From: Candidatus Freyarchaeum deiterrae
Lineage (GTDB): Archaea; Asgardarchaeota; Jordiarchaeia; Jordiarchaeales; Jordiarchaeaceae
DNA length: 64,000 bases
Direction: 5' to 3'
Assembly (NCBI GenBank): GCA_037305845.1
Contig: CP147778.1
Location: 64,001-128,000 of the forward strand
Numbering within the stretch: the stretch's first letter is position 1; the number at the start of each line of letters is the position of its first letter. Shown piece after piece: positions 62,957 through 64,000 of the stretch. The notes beneath the pieces were generated by a model that saw only the letters and a program-made list of their open reading frames with translations, had not been told where the DNA came from and searched no databases. The position numbers were made by a program, and so were the translations under genes.

Positions 62957-63673
62957 TTAGAGTATGTAAATTCGGGTTATACATTGTGGTTTATTAATTT
63001 CTAAGAGATCATAGTCACATTCATGACCCGTTGTTTGTTTAAAAAGCTGGCATAAAAATTGACAACTACCGCACTGCAGTCCGCCGCCTGGACGTTTTAA
63101 CAAACCGTCATCTAGTGCTAATTGACAAGCCTCCCTAATGTAACATTTCCATAGTATGTCTATAGTTCCATCTGTATTCCTTTTATATCCTAATTCCTCA
63201 TGTGGTACTTTCATCGCAATCGTTGCCTGACGGTACTTGGATAAAATATCCTCTGTATCAACGTTTATCTCTTTATTAATCATCCTTTTCCCAATATTTC
63301 TAGAAGCCCCTGCTGCACTAACCCGAGTTCCTACTCCAACTTGACCCTCAAATAATTTTTCCATCTTGTATCCAGCATAAGGTATGGCATTGGCAGGAAT
63401 GGGATATTTATCAGATATTGAGACCAAGTAATCTGCCAACTGGTCGAGGGTCTTAATATTTTCTGGCGGCTTTTCCCCTATTTTTCGAGCCACAAAATTT
63501 AGAGCGGACTTTATGAATCGAGGGGTGAACGCCGGCCCGTAAAATTTTTCTTCTTCTTTAATCCCTAGCATACATGCGTCTACTAGAGCTCTGGGGTCAG
63601 GTATTTTCTGTGGAACTTTCTCAAACATTTTGTAATCTGAAATTTTAATTTCCGTTATTTTCCAACACCTCAC
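62957..63673 (-). CDS. Uncharacterised Cys-rich protein, paralogue 3
   Basis: Closely similar to 41616-42317 along its whole length. Confidence 0.7.
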   Translation of the reverse strand: MRCWKITEIKISDYKMFEKVPQKIPDPRALVDACMLGIKEEEKFYGPAFTPRFIKSALNFVARKIGEKPPENIKTLDQLADYLVSISDKYPIPANAIPYAGYKMEKLFEGQVGVGTRVSAAGASRNIGKRMINKEINVDTEDILSKYRQATIAMKVPHEELGYKRNTDGTIDILWKCYIREACQLALDDGLLKRPGGGLQCGSCQFLCQLFKQTTGHECDYDLLEINKPQCITRIYIL

Positions 63674-64000
63674 TTGCTATTCTTCTCTCTATGACTAGGG
63701 TATATTTCTATTATAATAATAATATATATCCTCCAATTTATAAATTTTCTATATTGAGGGTTTCCACCACATAATTAATTTCAAGTTTTACAGCCATATT
63801 CATAATAGTATTTATTCTGATACCGTCGACCCAAGGTTTATTTTGGAGGAGTTCTCCTTTCTCTAGGTTATGATTCGTCTAATCCACCCATATCCTGCTT
63901 GATGTATTAGACTTGAAAAAGTCAAAGAATTCTCCGAGGCTACAGGTCTAAAAGTGATTAAACATGAAAAAGAGGGATTACAAGGTTTGAAATCGATTAT

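Overview
Archaeal DNA, probably an Asgard lineage (a longin-like protein is present; the taxonomy is inferred). The left 27 kb is a CRISPR-Cas/defence locus. It holds the 5' part of a type I-B cas8b (missed by the ORF track, running off the window start), a DUF2797-cas1-cas2-cas4 operon and a ~7 kb toxin-antitoxin (TA) island containing two orphan reverse-strand repeats. Next come a wHTH-NurA-like/HerA pair that diverges from the leader and a 37-bp-repeat array (about 79 repeats by manual count). The array's old end is broken up by gene blocks: TA pairs, a mini IS200/IS605 element, a SnoaL protein, an LLM oxidoreductase and a flavodoxin. The right 37 kb is accessory metabolism: LLM/F420 and FAD oxidoreductases, a MaoC pair, AcdA, a GH3 glycosidase, a corrinoid protein, UroD/MtaA paralogues, three paralogues of an uncharacterised Cys-rich family, a HEAT-repeat protein and a giant Ig-repeat surface protein. 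Three observations stand out. (1) The giant surface gene is frameshifted by a 38-bp direct duplication enclosing a 38-bp foreign insert, the geometry expected of an off-target Cas1-Cas2 spacer integration. (2) A candidate new adaptation-accessory module: an apparently catalytically dead wHTH-NurA, HerA and DUF2797. (3) Gene blocks interleaved between trailer-type CRISPR repeats. All family calls come from motif recognition by eye; no searches were run.
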